From the NCBI RefSeq assembly GCF_044647545.1, contig NZ_CP172818.1: DNA of 64,000 nucleotides; one strand, written 5' to 3'. Positions 60,390 through 64,000 of the stretch are shown here, one piece after another. The first letter of the stretch is position 1, and every line of letters begins with the position of its first letter. This DNA comes from Escherichia coli (GTDB taxonomy: Bacteria; Pseudomonadota; Gammaproteobacteria; Enterobacterales; Enterobacteriaceae). The translations under genes and the position numbers were made by a program. The notes under the pieces were generated by a model. That model saw only the letters and a program-made list of their open reading frames with translations. It ran no database searches and had not been told where the DNA came from.

Positions 60390-61724
60390 TTATTTCTGCA
60401 ATTCCATACGTTTAATGTCGCCGACTACGAAGAGGTAGCAGACCATCGCCATCAGCGCTGAACATCCCACGAAAACCAGTGCTGCATTGAAGGAGTGCAA
60501 TTCACTTACCAGGTAGCCAATCACCAGTGGAGTGACAATGGAGGCAACATTGCCAAAGACGTTAAAGACGCCGCCGCAGAGACCAACAATCTCTTTCGGC
60601 GCGGTGTCAGAAATCACTGGCCAGCCCAGCGCACCAAATCCTTTGCCAAAGAAAGCCAGCGCCATCAGCATGACCACCAGCGTGGTGTTGTTGGTGTAGT
60701 TACATAAGATAATGGTGGAAGCCAGCAACATTCCCAGCACAATCGGTAGCTTACGTGCCAGGGTCAGGGACAAACCGCGTTTGATCAGATAATCCGAGAA
60801 GACACCTCCCAGTACGCCGCCCGCAAAGCCACACAGTGCCGGAATCGAGGCGACCAGACCCACTTTCAGAATCGACATGCCTTTTTCCTGAACCAGATAA
60901 ATTGGGAACCAGGTGAGGAAGAACCAGGTGATGGTGTTGATAAAATATTGTCCGAAAAATACGCCCAGCATCATGCGGTTAGAGAGCAATTGCTTGATGT
61001 AATGCAGTTTGGGACCGCTTGCTGCCGCACTGCCCGGCTTTTTGTGGTCCATATCGACCACCGCGCCATTTTCTGAGATAAACTTCAGCTCTTCCGCAGA
61101 CATACGTGGGTGATCTGTCGGGTTATGAATCAACTTGATCCACAGCGCCGTCAGCACAAAACCAATCACCCCCATAACGGTGAAGACGTGCTCCCAGCCC
61201 CAGGCGAAAGTCAGCCAGCCAAGCAGCGGCGAAAAGAGCGCCAGCGAGAAATATTGCGCCGAGTTAAAGATGGCGGAGGCAGTACCACGTTCTTTCGTTG
61301 GGAACCAGGCGGCGACAATACGGGCGTTCGCCGGAAATGATGGCGCTTCCGAGAACCCCAGCATAAAGCGCATAAAGAACATGGAGATCCCTGCCCAGGC
61401 CAGCGGGAACATATCAACAAAGCCTTGCAGGAAGGTGAACAGCGACCAGAAAAAGAGGCTGTAGGTGTAAACTTTTTTCGAGCCAAACTTATCAAGCAGC
61501 CAGCCGCCGGGAATTTGCATCAGCAGGTAGGCCCAGCCAAAAGCGGAGAAGATGTAACCCATCGAAACCGCACTTAACTGCAACTCTTTTGCCACTTCGG
61601 TACCAGCAATAGACAGCGTTGCACGATCGGCGTAGTTAACGGCGGTAACAATAAAAATAATCAGTAATATTAAATAGCGGGTATGCACGCCTTTCTTTTT
61701 TACGTCAACGGTGTCCAGAATCAT
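60390..61724 (-). CDS. garP: galactarate/glucarate/glycerate transporter (MFS)
   Basis: ORF 444 aa, 12-TM MFS. Confidence 0.9.
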   Translation of the reverse strand: MILDTVDVKKKGVHTRYLILLIIFIVTAVNYADRATLSIAGTEVAKELQLSAVSMGYIFSAFGWAYLLMQIPGGWLLDKFGSKKVYTYSLFFWSLFTFLQGFVDMFPLAWAGISMFFMRFMLGFSEAPSFPANARIVAAWFPTKERGTASAIFNSAQYFSLALFSPLLGWLTFAWGWEHVFTVMGVIGFVLTALWIKLIHNPTDHPRMSAEELKFISENGAVVDMDHKKPGSAAASGPKLHYIKQLLSNRMMLGVFFGQYFINTITWFFLTWFPIYLVQEKGMSILKVGLVASIPALCGFAGGVLGGVFSDYLIKRGLSLTLARKLPIVLGMLLASTIILCNYTNNTTLVVMLMALAFFGKGFGALGWPVISDTAPKEIVGLCGGVFNVFGNVASIVTPLVIGYLVSELHSFNAALVFVGCSALMAMVCYLFVVGDIKRMELQK

Positions 61725-62098
61725 TTTATTTACCTCGGGTACTTATGCTGATTTTTATTATTATGGGGAAGGTGTTATTTATGAGTTTTATTTATGCCGT
61801 TACGGCAATGAACTCGGGAATTAGTATAAGCAGCGCGAGAATAATAATCATTGTGCAAATGCTAATTTAATTAATACTATTTAAATATTATTTTGAGCAT
61901 ATGCACATAAGGTTGCGCGCTAAAGCACAGATTTGCGCTTTACCTTGCCGGACGGCACTGCAATCCCTGAAATGATTGACATTGATCACATTTCTGCGTT
62001 TAAACTCCTGACATTCTTATTTCACCCAATGAAGTCATTTATTTTTAAATGAGACCAGGTCCTCATTTTAATAACCCCTGGCTGGAGAATATTGCACA

Positions 62099-63670
62099 AT
62101 GGCCAACATCGAAATCAGACAAGAAACGCCAACTGCGTTTTATATAAAAGTTCACGACACAGATAATGTGGCAATTATTGTTAATGATAATGGCCTGAAA
62201 GCAGGAACGCGTTTTCCGGATGGGCTGGAATTAATTGAACATATTCCCCATGGGCATAAAGTCGCATTGCTGGACATTCCAGCTAATGGTGAAATTATTC
62301 GTTATGGCGAAGTGATTGGTTACGCCGTGCGCGCAATCCCACGCGGAAGCTGGATCGACGAATCAATGGTTGTACTACCGGAAGCGCCGCCGTTACACAC
62401 GCTGCCACTGGCAACCAAAGTCCCGGAACCCTTACCGCCGCTGGAAGGATACACCTTTGAGGGCTATCGCAATGCCGATGGCAGCGTGGGCACTAAAAAC
62501 CTGCTCGGCATCACCACCAGCGTCCACTGTGTAGCAGGCGTGGTGGACTATGTAGTAAAAATCATTGAACGCGATCTGCTACCGAAATACCCGAACGTCG
62601 ATGGCGTGGTGGGGCTGAATCATTTGTACGGCTGTGGCGTGGCGATTAACGCACCGGCGGCAGTTGTGCCTATTCGTACCATCCACAATATTTCGCTGAA
62701 CCCTAACTTTGGCGGCGAAGTAATGGTGATTGGTCTGGGTTGTGAAAAGTTGCAGCCTGAGCGCCTGCTGACTGGAACGGATGATGTGCAAGCTATTCCA
62801 GTAGAAAGCGCCAGCATTGTCAGTTTGCAGGATGAAAAGCATGTCGGCTTTCAGTCCATGGTCGAGGATATTTTGCAGGTCGCCGAACGCCATTTGCACA
62901 AACTGAATCGACGGCAGCGAGAAACCTGTCCGGCTTCAGAACTGGTTGTCGGCATGCAGTGCGGTGGCAGCGATGCGTTTTCTGGCGTAACGGCAAACCC
63001 GGCGGTTGGGTATGCGTCTGATCTACTGGTGCGCTGCGGCGCAACGGTGATGTTTTCAGAAGTCACGGAAGTGCGTGACGCGATCCATCTGCTGACACCA
63101 CGCGCAGTGAACGAAGAGGTCGGCAAACGGCTGCTGGAGGAGATGGAGTGGTACGATAACTATCTCAATATGGGAAAAACCGACCGCAGCGCCAACCCTT
63201 CGCCGGGCAACAAGAAAGGCGGTCTGGCAAATGTGGTGGAGAAGGCACTCGGCTCCATTGCGAAATCGGGTAAAAGTGCGATTGTTGAAGTGCTGTCGCC
63301 TGGTCAACGCCCGACTAAACGCGGATTAATTTACGCCGCGACGCCAGCCAGCGATTTTGTCTGTGGCACGCAACAGGTGGCTTCGGGTATCACCGTGCAA
63401 GTGTTTACGACCGGTCGTGGTACGCCGTACGGCCTGATGGCGGTACCCGTCATTAAAATGGCAACCCGCACCGAGCTGGCGAACCGCTGGTTTGATTTAA
63501 TGGATATTAATGCGGGCACCATCGCTACCGGCGAAGAAACTATTGAAGAGGTGGGCTGGAAGTTGTTCCACTTTATTCTCGACGTCGCCAGCGGGAAGAA
63601 GAAAACCTTCTCAGATCAATGGGGACTGCATAACCAGCTGGCGGTGTTTAACCCAGCACCGGTGACCTGA
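62099..63670 (+). CDS. garD: galactarate dehydratase
   Basis: ORF 523 aa; SAF plus altronate/galactarate dehydratase domains, homologous to uxaA in this window. Confidence 0.9.
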   Translation: MANIEIRQETPTAFYIKVHDTDNVAIIVNDNGLKAGTRFPDGLELIEHIPHGHKVALLDIPANGEIIRYGEVIGYAVRAIPRGSWIDESMVVLPEAPPLHTLPLATKVPEPLPPLEGYTFEGYRNADGSVGTKNLLGITTSVHCVAGVVDYVVKIIERDLLPKYPNVDGVVGLNHLYGCGVAINAPAAVVPIRTIHNISLNPNFGGEVMVIGLGCEKLQPERLLTGTDDVQAIPVESASIVSLQDEKHVGFQSMVEDILQVAERHLHKLNRRQRETCPASELVVGMQCGGSDAFSGVTANPAVGYASDLLVRCGATVMFSEVTEVRDAIHLLTPRAVNEEVGKRLLEEMEWYDNYLNMGKTDRSANPSPGNKKGGLANVVEKALGSIAKSGKSAIVEVLSPGQRPTKRGLIYAATPASDFVCGTQQVASGITVQVFTTGRGTPYGLMAVPVIKMATRTELANRWFDLMDINAGTIATGEETIEEVGWKLFHFILDVASGKKKTFSDQWGLHNQLAVFNPAPVT

Positions 63671-63818
63671 TTTCTTTTGGAACGTCCCTCGCAAAACATG
63701 GCCTTAGTGCCATGTTTTTATTGTTTAAAGCCCCCACGACCATTAATAATGCATTTGCATTACCTTAGTTCAAGCTTATAATTTGAGCAGAAAACAGGCT
63801 GTAAAAGGACAGTGAATC

Positions 63819-64000
63819 ATGCCCGCTAATGCTCGCTCTCACGCTGTACTGACCACTGAATCAAAGGTCACGATACGCGGACAAACAACTATCCCCGCGC
63901 CAGTGCGTGAGGCCTTAAAACTGAAGCCAGGCCTGGACAGCATTCATTACGAAATTCTGCCTGGTGGGCAAGTATTTATGTGCCGACTGGGAGATGAACA
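63819..64000 (+). CDS. prlF: PrlF (SohA) antitoxin, N-terminal part; continues beyond window end
   Basis: ATG at 63819; MPANARSHAVLTTESKVTIRGQTTIPAPVREALKLKPG...; stop-free to window edge. Confidence 0.75.
   Translation, partial: MPANARSHAVLTTESKVTIRGQTTIPAPVREALKLKPGLDSIHYEILPGGQVFMCRLGDE

Overview
This window is recognisably Escherichia coli K-12-type core chromosome, running from ygiF to prlF (roughly the 3.20-3.28 Mb region of MG1655); identification is from my recollection of gene order and protein sequences, not a database search. Almost every ORF is a known gene: ygiM-cca, bacA, folB, plsY, ttdR/ttdABT, tsaD, the rpsU-dnaG-rpoD operon, mug, tRNA ileX, yqjH/yqjI, aer, patA, ebgR-ebgAC, ygjIJK, fadH, higBA, rlmG, ygjPQR, alx with its riboswitch-like leader, sstT, uxaCA/exuTR, the yqj and yha clusters, cyuA (yhaM), RNase P RNA (rnpB) and garKRLP/garD. 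I found no novel biological system (no defence island, prophage, IS element or CRISPR array). Three things do not fit the K-12 picture. (1) A ~0.7 kb block at 55936-56640 that is ~80% GC and full of homopolymer runs (G28, several C9-C12) sits where about 12-13 kb of K-12 sequence should be (5' end of yhaO/cyuP, tdcG, tdcFEDCBA, tdcR, yhaB, 5' end of yhaC); it has no credible gene and looks like an artefact or engineered scar. (2) The higB toxin gene carries a 1-nt deletion in a G-run, leaving the higA antitoxin intact. (3) ygjI is split into two overlapping ORFs by a frameshift. Both frameshifts and the junction anomaly involve homopolymers, so sequencing or assembly error must be excluded before any biological reading.
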